In this document: positions 1 to 9,237 of the stretch, one piece after another
How the letters are laid out: each line of letters starts with the position of its first letter
Position numbering within the stretch: position 1 is the first letter of the stretch
Position numbers and translations under genes: made by a program
From: Candidatus Heimdallarchaeota archaeon
GTDB taxonomy: Archaea; Asgardarchaeota; Heimdallarchaeia; Heimdallarchaeales; Heimdallarchaeaceae
NCBI GenBank assembly: GCA_019057375.1
Contig: DXJF01000047.1
Coordinates: forward strand, 1 to 32,740
Direction: 5' to 3'
Length of the DNA stretch: 32,740 bases
Notes under the pieces: generated by a model
What the model was told of the DNA's origin: nothing
Databases searched by the model: none
The model's input: the letters and a program-made list of their open reading frames with translations, nothing else

Positions 1-45
1 AACCGATCCAACCGATCCAACCGATCCAACCGATCCAACTGATCC
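1..45 (+). repeat. 9-bp tandem repeat AACCGATCC x4 plus AACTGATCC, encoding a (TDP)n linker; probably continues upstream of the window
   Basis: Directly visible; the period of 9 is in frame with the CDS above. Confidence 0.95.
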
Positions 46-151
46 AGGCAATTCAAACACTCTAACTCTTGATGCACCAAGAATGATTTCAACTATTCTA
101 AGCTTCATAAGCTTTGTAGCTCTTGTAACTTTAATTCGAAAAAGAAAGTAA
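2..151 (+). CDS. C-terminal fragment of a membrane-anchored surface protein (Thr-Asp-Pro linker, TM helix, basic tail; CTERM-like); 5' part lies outside the window
   Basis: Frame +2 reads TDPTDPTDPTDPTDPGNSNTLTLDAPRMISTILSFISFVALVTLIRKRK* (TAA 149-151). Not in the supplied ORF track because the start is outside the window. Confidence 0.8.
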   Translation, partial: TDPTDPTDPTDPTDPGNSNTLTLDAPRMISTILSFISFVALVTLIRKRK

Positions 152-161
152 GACTTTCTTT

Positions 162-1223
162 CTATTTTTTATTTATTTGGTTGATCAATTCTTCTTGATT
201 CAATATTCCTCTAGATGTAATATATCCTGTAATCAATTCTGGAGGAGTAATGTCGAAAGCTGGATTTAAAGCATCCGAACCGGGATTTGCAATTAAGACT
301 TCTCCTTCCTTACTTCTGATATATTTTACTTCATTCTCATCTCTAAATTCAATTTTAAAATCTTCAAAACTGTCTGATTCCAAATCTACAGTTGACCAAG
401 GGAAAGCAGAATAGAAAGGAATATTATGATATTTTGCAGCAATAGCTGCTGAATATGTTCCTATCTTATTAGAAATGGTCCCATCTTTTAGACATCTATC
501 AGCTCCTAAAATAACCTTATTGATTTTCCCTTTTGACATCAGGAAAGCAGCTGCTGAATCAGAAATAATTTGATGACTTATTCCTTCTTGTTCCAATTCC
601 CATCCAGTTATTTTCGCTCCTTGCAATCTAGGTCGGGTTTCATCAACAAAAACATGAATCTTTATCCCTTGATTGTGAGCATTGATAATAGGTCCTAGGG
701 CTGTTCCATAATCTATAGTAGCTAATGGTCCAGCATTACAATGAGTTAAAATGGTGTCCCCATCTTCAATTATTTCTACTCCCTTCTCCCTAATCAATCT
801 ACATTCTTCCAGTATTTGGTTAAATAACCTTTTAGCAGCTAGCAGGGTTTCATTAAAAGAGAAATTTGTCTCCAGTGCTGCTTGATAGACAAGAAAGGAG
901 TAATTTTTCAAATCTACAGCCGTTGGTCTGGTTGTTTGAATCATATCCAATTTTTCTTCAAGTTTTATTTTTTTATCACAAGAGGAAATGTTTTCGATTT
1001 CTTTAACTGCGAGAGCTGTAGCAAATGCAGCAGTTGCACCAATAGCTGGAGCTCCTCTCACTACCATTGTTTGAATAGCATCACAGATATCCTCAACATT
1101 AGTATAATTATTGAATTTAATCTCAAAAGGAATCAGCCTTTGGTCTATAAGAGTTAACCAATTTTTTTCTTCATTCCATTCAACTGATCTAATACCATCT
1201 AATCCTAAACTTTTAATTTTCAC
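162..1223 (-). CDS. mtnA: S-methyl-5-thioribose-1-phosphate isomerase (eIF-2B alpha-like family)
   Basis: Motifs LIDQRLIP, MVVRGAPAIG, RPTAVDL, THCNAGPLAT..YGTALG, ETRPRLQGAKIT.WEL, GADR, NKIGTY, NPAFDITP; GTG start. Confidence 0.88.
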   Translation of the reverse strand: MKIKSLGLDGIRSVEWNEEKNWLTLIDQRLIPFEIKFNNYTNVEDICDAIQTMVVRGAPAIGATAAFATALAVKEIENISSCDKKIKLEEKLDMIQTTRPTAVDLKNYSFLVYQAALETNFSFNETLLAAKRLFNQILEECRLIREKGVEIIEDGDTILTHCNAGPLATIDYGTALGPIINAHNQGIKIHVFVDETRPRLQGAKITGWELEQEGISHQIISDSAAAFLMSKGKINKVILGADRCLKDGTISNKIGTYSAAIAAKYHNIPFYSAFPWSTVDLESDSFEDFKIEFRDENEVKYIRSKEGEVLIANPGSDALNPAFDITPPELITGYITSRGILNQEELINQINKK

Positions 1224-1277
1224 AATAAAATTATAGCGAAAGCAGTATTAAAATTTTCATGAATAACTTCAAGATTT

Positions 1278-2147
1278 TTAATGATTTTTACCTTCAAATT
1301 TTGATAGATATTCCCTGATTGTTTCTACCATTACTTCTGTGTGAGTGTTTCTATTTGTTTTTAGGTCAATGTATGTGGAATTATCAATCATTTCAGCAAC
1401 TTTCCTAGTGATCTTCGCATCGTGCATCTTATCTCTTTCAGCTGCAATCAAAAGAACATGATTTTTTAATTTAGGAAAAATTTTCCAATATCTTTTATAA
1501 GCGAGTCTTAAGCCTAATCGCTTCCATCGTTTAGGATTTGCATCTTCAACAGTTCTGATATATTTAGCAGCTTGTTCTAGATCTTCTGATTTAGATTTAT
1601 TTATCCAGAAACGAATAATTGGTTTACCAATTGGCCAGAGAAAAGTTGGGGCAAAGGGTATCAGTTGTCTTAATACAGGAGGGACTTCAAACCTTCCAGG
1701 TGGAGCAAGAAGAACAGGCATAAACGGATTAAACATCTCTTCAACCATTCCATAAACAGCTGTAGTTGCACCTATACAAGATCCAAAAAGAACAAGTTTT
1801 GACTCATCAAGATTTAGATTGGTAATTGTATCCTTAATATCCAAAGCCATTCGATGCATACCAAGATCAGATTTTCTTGTAAAACCACTAGATCCCTTTT
1901 CTCTTGATTCGAAATAAACTACGTCAAAATCTTTCATTGCTTCTAAAAGATAATTATCCCATGCAGGAATTACTGTTCCCCATCCAGGCATAACAAATAA
2001 AGTATACCCATTTCTTTTATCTGTAGGTGCTTTTGTAGTGTAAACTCTAATTGTAGTATTATCTGACATCATCACATCAAGAGGTTTAGCTTCTTTTTCA
2101 AAATGGGAAACTAAAGGCAAAACATATTCTTTCTTTTTCTTATTCAT
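1278..2147 (-). CDS. alpha/beta-fold hydrolase with a Cys at the nucleophile elbow (GSCIG)
   Basis: Oxyanion-region MPGWG, elbow LFGSCIGA, candidate acid AERD and His NTHTE. ATG 2147 preferred over TTG 2153. Confidence 0.75.
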   Translation of the reverse strand: MNKKKKEYVLPLVSHFEKEAKPLDVMMSDNTTIRVYTTKAPTDKRNGYTLFVMPGWGTVIPAWDNYLLEAMKDFDVVYFESREKGSSGFTRKSDLGMHRMALDIKDTITNLNLDESKLVLFGSCIGATTAVYGMVEEMFNPFMPVLLAPPGRFEVPPVLRQLIPFAPTFLWPIGKPIIRFWINKSKSEDLEQAAKYIRTVEDANPKRWKRLGLRLAYKRYWKIFPKLKNHVLLIAAERDKMHDAKITRKVAEMIDNSTYIDLKTNRNTHTEVMVETIREYLSKFEGKNH

Positions 2148-2201
2148 TAACAATGAGAAAAAGTAGACATTTAAAAATCTTTCAAAAGAAAAAAGGAAAA
2201 T

Positions 2202-2702
2202 CTAGCGATTTCCTTGATAGAATTTAGAATCAATTGCTAGTACTGCAGCTAGTCCGAACAAAGGTTCTAAAGGTGGATATACATCTACTCTATAAGTATC
2301 CTTTATTCTGAATTTCTTATCCAGAGTAAAACCTATACTTCCATCTCTACTTACTGCATTAAATGACCACCCAATAATATCAGAAGCGGTATAGTGATTT
2401 TCAGCTAACATAACATCAAATTTTATACCACAGAATTTTATTATTGGGAATTCTATTTCTCCAATTAAGTTAGGACCTTGGGTAATTTTCCATCTATTTC
2501 CAAAAAGGAAATTTGATTTTACTTTAACTACTTCTTGACCTTGGAGATTCTCTATTATTATTGTAGGAGTCCAAGTAAACAATCGTCTTCTTGCAACAAA
2601 GATTTTATTCCCTGTAGCTATATCAATAATATCATAAGTTGCTCCTAAAGCAAGTATTCTTTGTGTTACTTTGAAACCAAATGGAGTGCCTGATTGTGCC
2701 AT
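2202..2702 (-). CDS. LURP-one/scramblase (tubby C-terminal-like) family protein, paralog 1
   Basis: Pattern YDIIDIATGNKIFVARRR, QEVVKVK, then a beta-rich body ending in a hydrophobic helix (LFGLAAVLAID), typical of the family. Confidence 0.65.
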   Translation of the reverse strand: MAQSGTPFGFKVTQRILALGATYDIIDIATGNKIFVARRRLFTWTPTIIIENLQGQEVVKVKSNFLFGNRWKITQGPNLIGEIEFPIIKFCGIKFDVMLAENHYTASDIIGWSFNAVSRDGSIGFTLDKKFRIKDTYRVDVYPPLEPLFGLAAVLAIDSKFYQGNR

Positions 2703-2758
2703 ATCTTATATAGGTTGATTCTATATTTTAAAAGTTGTGAAAAAGGAAACCAAGCGTT

Positions 2759-3478
2759 CTATAGGAGAAAAGGCTTTTTCCATATACCTTCATTTGACAT
2801 AAAGAAAGTAACTGAACCACTAGCTTCAACAAAAATGATTCTTTCAAAATCTGTAGAATACCTGTTGAAAAGACCTCTGCTTTCTGTGTAAGATACAAGT
2901 TGATAGATTACGAAATCTGGTCTTCTATTATCATCTTGAAAGATAGTTGCCAAAATGTTTTTTGCATCCTCTATAGTATAATCAGTTACATTCAAATTTT
3001 CATGTCTAGAGTAACTGATATATTCTTCTGTTATATTATCCCAATAGCTGAAATAAGTTCCTCCATTACCATTATCAAAGACTGTTTCTATCCAGTCTTC
3101 ATACTGTGCAGAACTATTAGCAACTCCAAGTATTGTACCATTATAGCTCAAAGTCATTCTTCTAGGCATCAACTCTGGGAAATCATAAACAGCTGAAATT
3201 CTAGCTTCTATTGATGAAATTATAAGTGAAATATTCACCAAAGCATTTTCAGGTGCATCATAAAGAAGATAAGTGATGTTCATGTTTTCAAAGAGATCAG
3301 AATTCACCCCTAAATTTTCTGTTTGATGTAAAAGCCCAAGTAAAGTGTCGCTTTGAGTATTGTATTCTATTGTAGTATTAAAGAAAATATCTGGAAAGAC
3401 AAAGATGTTAAGCAAAGACAGTGTAAACGCCAGTATCATCACTGAAGCAGTAGCAATTACTAAAGAGTCTCTTTTCAT
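2759..3478 (-). CDS. hypothetical protein with an N-terminal membrane anchor/signal helix
   Basis: Long ORF; MKRDSLVIATASVMILAFTLSLLNIFVF hydrophobic N-terminus, many N-x-S/T sequons. ATG 3478 preferred over 3514. Confidence 0.65.
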   Translation of the reverse strand: MKRDSLVIATASVMILAFTLSLLNIFVFPDIFFNTTIEYNTQSDTLLGLLHQTENLGVNSDLFENMNITYLLYDAPENALVNISLIISSIEARISAVYDFPELMPRRMTLSYNGTILGVANSSAQYEDWIETVFDNGNGGTYFSYWDNITEEYISYSRHENLNVTDYTIEDAKNILATIFQDDNRRPDFVIYQLVSYTESRGLFNRYSTDFERIIFVEASGSVTFFMSNEGIWKKPFLL

Positions 3479-3600
3479 TCTGAAGTAGATAAAACAAGGG
3501 ACATTATAAAACATTACGATTTATTTATTTTTGAATGTTGAGATATAATGCCGTACAATATAATATATAAAGGGTACATGAAACTGATAGAATGATTACA

Positions 3601-4434
3601 ATGGTTAAGATAACTTTTGTTAAAATAGGAAATATCACTCTAACAACATTAATTGACATAATGTTAGATGAGAGAGCTAGTAGAACAGATATTGAAGCTA
3701 CTGTCATAAGTTCATCAACAAAAATGAAGCTTGATGCTGTGGAAAGAATTTTTCCTTTAATAGACCAAGTTGAAACAGATCTTATGGTTATGATATCTCC
3801 AAATGCCAATGATAAAGGACCTCAATCAGTTATTGATAGATATAAAGACAAGTATCCACTTATCGTTGTTTCAGATGGTGGAGATAAAGAAGTGAGAGCA
3901 AAATGGAAAGAAGATGGCGTTGGCTATATTATTGTTCCATTTGATCCTATGATTGGTGCTAAAAGAGATTTTCTTGATGCAACAGAAATGTGTTTGTTCA
4001 ACGGATACATAATTACAGCTTTCAGTACTTGTGGAGTTTTTGCATATATCAATGAACTAATGGATGGTGTTATAGAACAACTAAAAGCTGGTGAAAAACC
4101 AAAATTACCCACACGCAATATGTCAGCCATAGGTGTAGCAACAACTTATCCATTTTCTAATGTTTATGCAAGACCTAAAGCGTTAGCTGCTTTAACATTA
4201 CTTCAACATGCAGCTAGTCTAAACGTAAATGGATGTTTTGTTGAAAAAGATAGAGAGAAAGCGTTGATTAAAGTTGCTGGAGCTCATGAAATGGTTAGAC
4301 AAGCTAGTCTTCTAGCTGATGAAGTCAGAGAATTAGAAAAAGCTACAGATCATTTGATTAGAACCCCACATGGTAAGGATGGAAAGATTCTGCACAAAGT
4401 ACACTTCTATGATGAAGCTCATGAAAAGAAATAA
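3601..4434 (+). CDS. mtd: F420-dependent methylenetetrahydromethanopterin dehydrogenase
   Basis: KIGNI, MLDERASRTDI, SPN...GP, DPMIGAKRDFLD.TEM..FN, F.NVYA..KA.AA, HE, RELEK..D...R.PH match the Mtd family. ATG 3601 (track start 3592); AT-rich TATA-like run about 30 nt upstream. Confidence 0.88.
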   Translation: MVKITFVKIGNITLTTLIDIMLDERASRTDIEATVISSSTKMKLDAVERIFPLIDQVETDLMVMISPNANDKGPQSVIDRYKDKYPLIVVSDGGDKEVRAKWKEDGVGYIIVPFDPMIGAKRDFLDATEMCLFNGYIITAFSTCGVFAYINELMDGVIEQLKAGEKPKLPTRNMSAIGVATTYPFSNVYARPKALAALTLLQHAASLNVNGCFVEKDREKALIKVAGAHEMVRQASLLADEVRELEKATDHLIRTPHGKDGKILHKVHFYDEAHEKK

Positions 4435-4471
4435 TTAAGCATCAGTTTTGCTTAGTTTTTTTTCTTTTTTT
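4435..4471 (+). terminator. hairpin plus long T-tract directly after the mtd stop
   Basis: TAAGCA(4436-41)/TGCTTA(4449-54) stem with a 7-nt loop, followed by a T-rich run. Confidence 0.55.
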
Positions 4472-4509
4472 CTAGATATCTTTTTATTTACCCTCAATAT
4501 TCTTTGTTA

Positions 4510-5154
4510 ATGCATATTACTTTGATTATTTTTCTAGTAATAATTTGCATACCTGTGGTTTGGTTGTTATTTGTTCTTACAGTTATGAAATTCATTCGAA
4601 AAATCTATCCTTTTCCTATACCTCAATTCTTTACTAATTTCATTGATAATCCAATTAGAAGAAAATTTTGGCAAAATCCAGACGAGATTGCTAAAAGAAT
4701 TGGAGCAAAACCTGGTGATGTAGTTGTAGAGATAGGACCTGGGAAAGGGAGTTACACTAAAGCTGTAGCAAGAAAGATTTTACCTGGTGGTAGAGTGTAC
4801 GCAATTGATTTACAAAAACCAATTATAGATAGATTTCAAAAAAAGTTGGATGAAGAAGGAATTACAAACATTTTTCCATCAATAGGTGATGCATACAATT
4901 TAGATTTTGATGATAATTCTGTTGATGTGATTTTCTTAATTACTTGTTTACCAGAGATCCCAGAACCTGTAAAAGTCCTGAAAGAATTTAAGAGAATACT
5001 GAAACCAAATGGTACTATTTCACTTTGTGAACTTTTTATTGATCCAGACTATCCATTACGTAAAACAGAAAAGAAGTGGAGTCAAGAAGCTGGTTTAATT
5101 CTTAAAGAAGAATTTGGGAATTGGTTTGCTTATCAGTTGAATTTTGGTAAGTAA
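4510..5154 (+). CDS. class I SAM-dependent methyltransferase with N-terminal TM helix
   Basis: Motif I VVEIGPGKGSYT, VYAIDLQ, DNSVDVIFL, LKEFKRILKPNG; hydrophobic first ~28 residues. Confidence 0.85.
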   Translation: MHITLIIFLVIICIPVVWLLFVLTVMKFIRKIYPFPIPQFFTNFIDNPIRRKFWQNPDEIAKRIGAKPGDVVVEIGPGKGSYTKAVARKILPGGRVYAIDLQKPIIDRFQKKLDEEGITNIFPSIGDAYNLDFDDNSVDVIFLITCLPEIPEPVKVLKEFKRILKPNGTISLCELFIDPDYPLRKTEKKWSQEAGLILKEEFGNWFAYQLNFGK

Positions 5155-5166
5155 TTTCTGATTTTT

Positions 5167-5694
5167 CTATGAGGTTGAAGCTGTTACTGTAGATACTGTT
5201 ACAGCGTGTTGAGCTCTTATTATTATATCGATGATAATAGAAGATAACATTGCAATCTCGGGTTGAAAGTTATCATAAACTTCAAGTGTATACTCACTGT
5301 GAAATATTCCAGTACTTCTTTCTAAATAGAAAACCAGATTTCCATGAATGTCTACAAACTGGTAAGAATACCCTTTTACTCTGGAACCAATGAATCGTCC
5401 TGATTCAGTATCAATATAAATTGAATCATCACATAATTTGTTAGAATAAGTCAAAGAAGCTATGTGGAAACCTTTCTTTTCAATTGTATAACCTAATTTC
5501 CAACTTGAAGTTTTTTTAGCTCTAATAATCTCTTTTCCTTCATAATCATATATGTAAATACTTTGCTTGAAAGCCCCATCCTTCTTAACAGAAAACATTT
5601 TCTTATTACTGGCAAGATCAACTATATCATATGATAATTTGAATATTGACAATTGTGGATAGATTGCAAATCCATAAGGTACTTTTTCCTTCAT
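5167..5694 (-). CDS. LURP-one/scramblase-like protein, paralog 2
   Basis: Shares the N-terminal PYGF, YDIVDL, KEIIRAKK and terminal helix (PEIAMLSSIIID) with the paralogs at 2202 and 5758. Confidence 0.6.
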   Translation of the reverse strand: MKEKVPYGFAIYPQLSIFKLSYDIVDLASNKKMFSVKKDGAFKQSIYIYDYEGKEIIRAKKTSSWKLGYTIEKKGFHIASLTYSNKLCDDSIYIDTESGRFIGSRVKGYSYQFVDIHGNLVFYLERSTGIFHSEYTLEVYDNFQPEIAMLSSIIIDIIIRAQHAVTVSTVTASTS

Positions 5695-5757
5695 CTAACC
5701 TAGAAAATGTACACAAGCTATTATATATCTAGTTAAAAAGAAGACATAACAATGTTA

Positions 5758-6294
5758 TTACATATGGTGATGTAAATGGGTGTTACCATCCGGCATCCTA
5801 TTTTTTTGTTGTTTCTGAGCAAGTTGATCAAGTAATGTAGCAATTAAAATTGCTATCTCAGGTTCAACACTCTCGTACACTTCTATAACTTTATTACTTC
5901 TAAATCCTTTGAAACCTTTGTATATTTCAAATGATACCTTCCCATTTTTCTCTACAAATTGAAAAGTTGAACCTATGAAACCTGATCCTAAGTATGTCTT
6001 TTTCTCCGTTTGAATCTCGTAATTAGTACTACAGCAGCTATTTGAATAGTTAAAGGTTGCATATCTTATGCCGTTTTTGAAGAATCTGTAAACGTTTGAT
6101 CTACTTGAAACTCTCTTTAAAACTAAAACATCCCTTCCTTTCAAATCTTGTAGATAGTACTCAGGTTTACGATTACCTACAATACTAACCTCAAAAACTG
6201 ATTCGCTTGATGATAAATCTCTAATCTCATACCAAGTTCTTGAAGATTCTTTAAAAAATATAACCTCAAAACCATATGGTTCTACTTTTGTCAT
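5758..6294 (-). CDS. LURP-one/scramblase-like protein, paralog 3
   Basis: PYGF, YEIRDL, YYLQDLKGRDVLVLKR, PEIAILIATLLD; tandem with paralog 2. Confidence 0.6.
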   Translation of the reverse strand: MTKVEPYGFEVIFFKESSRTWYEIRDLSSSESVFEVSIVGNRKPEYYLQDLKGRDVLVLKRVSSRSNVYRFFKNGIRYATFNYSNSCCSTNYEIQTEKKTYLGSGFIGSTFQFVEKNGKVSFEIYKGFKGFRSNKVIEVYESVEPEIAILIATLLDQLAQKQQKNRMPDGNTHLHHHM

Positions 6295-6350
6295 CTAAAA
6301 TATTTTCTTAAAATACAGTTAAAAATCTATCCAAATAAAAAATAAAGAAG

Positions 6351-7646
6351 TTAGGGATATACCCTGTTTCTTGTTCTTGGAAATGGTAATGTTTCCTGAA
6401 TTGCATCTAATCCACATAACCACCAAGTTAGTCTTTCAGCTCCAAGACCAAATCCAGAATGTGGAACAGAACCATACTTTCTAAGATCAATATACCAAGA
6501 ATAATCTTCAACTTCCCAGCCTTCTTCTTTAATACGTCTAATAAGTGTATCTAGAACGTCTTCTCTCTGACCACCAGTAATAAGTTCACCAAAACCTTCA
6601 GGTGCCATTAGATCAGCTGAATAACACCATTTTGGATCATCTTCATGTAGTTTTACGTAGAATGGTTTATGACTGGATGGATAGTCTCGAACAAAGAAAG
6701 GCTCACCTATAATTGTAGATAATGCTCTTTCCTCTTCTGTTTTCATATCTTCATCCCATTTCAAGTCAAAGCCGTTTTCATTCAAAGTATTGATTGCTTC
6801 TTTGTAACTTATTTTTTTGAAAGGAGCTTTGATAGTTTCAAGAACTGAAGTATCCCTTTTCAGCTCTTTGAATTCCTTAGCATTATGTTTGAGAACATAT
6901 TGAACAATGTAAGCTACTAGTTCTTCTTGGATTTTCATATTTCCTTCAAAGTCTACAAAAGCTTCTTCACCTTCAATATGCCAGAATTCGTTGACATGTC
7001 TTTTAGTTCTCATTTTTTCAGCTCTGAAACTGGGAGTTATCGCATAGACTTTTTCTAAACTATAAATGAGAGCTTCGAGATAAAGTTGAATACTTTGGCT
7101 GAGATAAGCTGTATGATCGAAATATTTCAAACTAAATAGTGTTGAACCTCCTTCACAAGCTGAACCTGTGAGAATAGGAGGAGTAGTCTCATAGAAATCA
7201 TTTTCAAAGAACCATTCTCTAGCTGCACGTAAAACCGAAGCTTTAACTTTCCAGACGTTAGTTGCTTTGTAGCTTCTTACAAACAAGTGAGTATTGTCTA
7301 ACATGAATTCCTTGCTTTGGTCTTTGGCAATAGGGAAGATTTCTCCTTTATGCATAATTGTGAAATTAGTTAATTTCACTTCAACATTATTTATTGCCCT
7401 ATTATCCTCTACTGGTTTACCTTCAACTGTAATATAATTCTCAATTGCAGCTTCACTTAACATATTCCAAGCTTCTGAAGTTAGTTGATTTTCAGATCCT
7501 ATGCATTGGATAATGCCAGAAGCGTCACGTAAAATGACAAAGATTTTATCTTTCATTTTACGGATTCGATAGACCCACCCGCGAAGTTTGATAGTATCTT
7601 CGCTAGGTGTAACTTTACTTGCGTAGATGAAAGTTTGTTTGGGCAT
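6351..7646 (-). CDS. asnS: asparagine--tRNA ligase (class IIb)
   Basis: OB-fold LRGWVYRIR...F..LRD.SG, motif 2 SFRAEK.RT.RH..EFWHIEGE, EL.TGGQRE, motif 3 PHSGFGLGAERL, PFPR. A non-discriminating AspRS is less likely but not excluded. Confidence 0.85.
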   Translation of the reverse strand: MPKQTFIYASKVTPSEDTIKLRGWVYRIRKMKDKIFVILRDASGIIQCIGSENQLTSEAWNMLSEAAIENYITVEGKPVEDNRAINNVEVKLTNFTIMHKGEIFPIAKDQSKEFMLDNTHLFVRSYKATNVWKVKASVLRAAREWFFENDFYETTPPILTGSACEGGSTLFSLKYFDHTAYLSQSIQLYLEALIYSLEKVYAITPSFRAEKMRTKRHVNEFWHIEGEEAFVDFEGNMKIQEELVAYIVQYVLKHNAKEFKELKRDTSVLETIKAPFKKISYKEAINTLNENGFDLKWDEDMKTEEERALSTIIGEPFFVRDYPSSHKPFYVKLHEDDPKWCYSADLMAPEGFGELITGGQREDVLDTLIRRIKEEGWEVEDYSWYIDLRKYGSVPHSGFGLGAERLTWWLCGLDAIQETLPFPRTRNRVYP

Positions 7647-7751
7647 GAATCAGCAGTTGTATGCGACTTTAAAAAGTTTTGAGGTTATTAACTTAATTTG
7701 GGTGATTAGTAAAATACAAACGTTTTAAAAGAAATTTTTGAACGAAAGTTG

Positions 7752-9146
7752 ATGAGAAAAGAGCGTCAGACTTTACTTGGTCTTATGTTATCCAGTTTTA
7801 TTATTAACTTAGGCTGGGGAGCTATTTTGCCCTTTATGGCTATTTATGCTGACCTCTTCTTCTATGATTTTGATTGGGGATTCATGACCCTTGATGTTAC
7901 AACTCAGATAGGTCTTCTAACTTCAGCAATGATGATTTCTAGAGCAATTTTAGCACCTGTTTTCGGAAAACTTAGTGATTCTGCTGGAAGAAAACCAGTT
8001 ATAGTAGTGGGTTTGGCAATGTATGTTTTTCTAACCTTTGGATTTGGTTTAGCTAAAGCTTTTTGGTCTCTCTTTCTTGTGAGATTTTTCCAAGGGGTAG
8101 CTTCTGCATTAGTATGGCCTGCTGCTGAATCAGCAATTGTAGATATATCTGAAGATGATAAGAGAGGGAGAAATTTAGGTTGGTTTATTCTATCTCAAAC
8201 CTTGGGGTGGGCAATAGGTCCATTCCTAGGTGGTGGATTGTTTTCTCTGTCGAAACTTATGGTAGGAAATGATGTTGGAGCTTTCCGAGTTACTTTTTTC
8301 CTTCTTGGAACATTATCCTTTCTATCGTTTTTAGCTTTCAATCTCATGGTAATAGATCCAAAAACAGGAACAGCTCGGATGAGTTTTAGAGAATTATGGA
8401 TTGCCCTTAAAGAAGTTGTCAAGACAACTGTGAAAATTAGATTTAGAGTGCCTTCACTATTTAAGCCTTCATTCTGGAAGGAAAGAACTAAAAGTCTGAA
8501 ATCAATTTATTTTCTAAGTTTTACGAATGGTTTCAATTTCGCAATGATCTTTCCAATACTTTCATTGTTTTTAGTAGATAGCTATGCATTAACTCCTGAA
8601 TTTATTGGTATTGTATTTGGAATATCTGGAATTGTAGGTGTTACATTTAATCCATTAGGCGGATATCTTGCAGATAAAACAAGTAAGAAACATCTTGTTG
8701 TTATATCAGGAATATTATCAGCGATTCTATTGTTCTTCTTAGGTTTTGAAATGGTTGTATATGCAATCATTGCTTTGTTTATAATTCGACAACTTGTCCA
8801 ACAGATTAACATGCCAGCATTTAGAGCTCTGCAAGCTGATTTAGTTGAAGATGAAAAACGAGGAATGGAATTTGGAAATGTTCAGATGTTCAACAATCTA
8901 GGTGCAGTTTTAGGACCTATAATCGGAGGTATTCTCTATGGTCGTTTTAGAGGTGCAATTCCCTTATGGTCAATTGGTAAGGTGAACATTTTTGGTCTAG
9001 AAGTTCTACTGATAATTACCACATCTATTATGATTCTTTCTGCTATGGTCATTTTCTTCTTTGTTAAGAAAGAAGACTTTGTTGTTAATGCAAAGCAAAT
9101 TAAAGAAGAAACTGATTTTATCAGTCCAAGGACCTCAAACGATTAA
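7752..9146 (+). CDS. MFS transporter (DHA1/TetA-like)
   Basis: Multiple hydrophobic helices; motif A FGKLSDSAGRKPV, RFFQG, second motif A GYLADKTSKK, GPIIGG. Confidence 0.9.
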   Translation: MRKERQTLLGLMLSSFIINLGWGAILPFMAIYADLFFYDFDWGFMTLDVTTQIGLLTSAMMISRAILAPVFGKLSDSAGRKPVIVVGLAMYVFLTFGFGLAKAFWSLFLVRFFQGVASALVWPAAESAIVDISEDDKRGRNLGWFILSQTLGWAIGPFLGGGLFSLSKLMVGNDVGAFRVTFFLLGTLSFLSFLAFNLMVIDPKTGTARMSFRELWIALKEVVKTTVKIRFRVPSLFKPSFWKERTKSLKSIYFLSFTNGFNFAMIFPILSLFLVDSYALTPEFIGIVFGISGIVGVTFNPLGGYLADKTSKKHLVVISGILSAILLFFLGFEMVVYAIIALFIIRQLVQQINMPAFRALQADLVEDEKRGMEFGNVQMFNNLGAVLGPIIGGILYGRFRGAIPLWSIGKVNIFGLEVLLIITTSIMILSAMVIFFFVKKEDFVVNAKQIKEETDFISPRTSND

Positions 9147-9237
9147 GGATTTGAAAAAAGAAAAATATTTTTTGAATATTCTGCTGGTTAAGAGTTAAAA
9201 TTAAATACTTCTTATCTTTTGTTATTTGTAGAACACA

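Noticed and set aside
1-45. CRISPR or telomere-like repeat
   Set aside because: Contiguous 9-bp units without spacers, in frame within a coding tail.
3601-4434. Evidence of methanogenesis
   Set aside because: mtd alone is not diagnostic; no mcr or mtr genes are present here.
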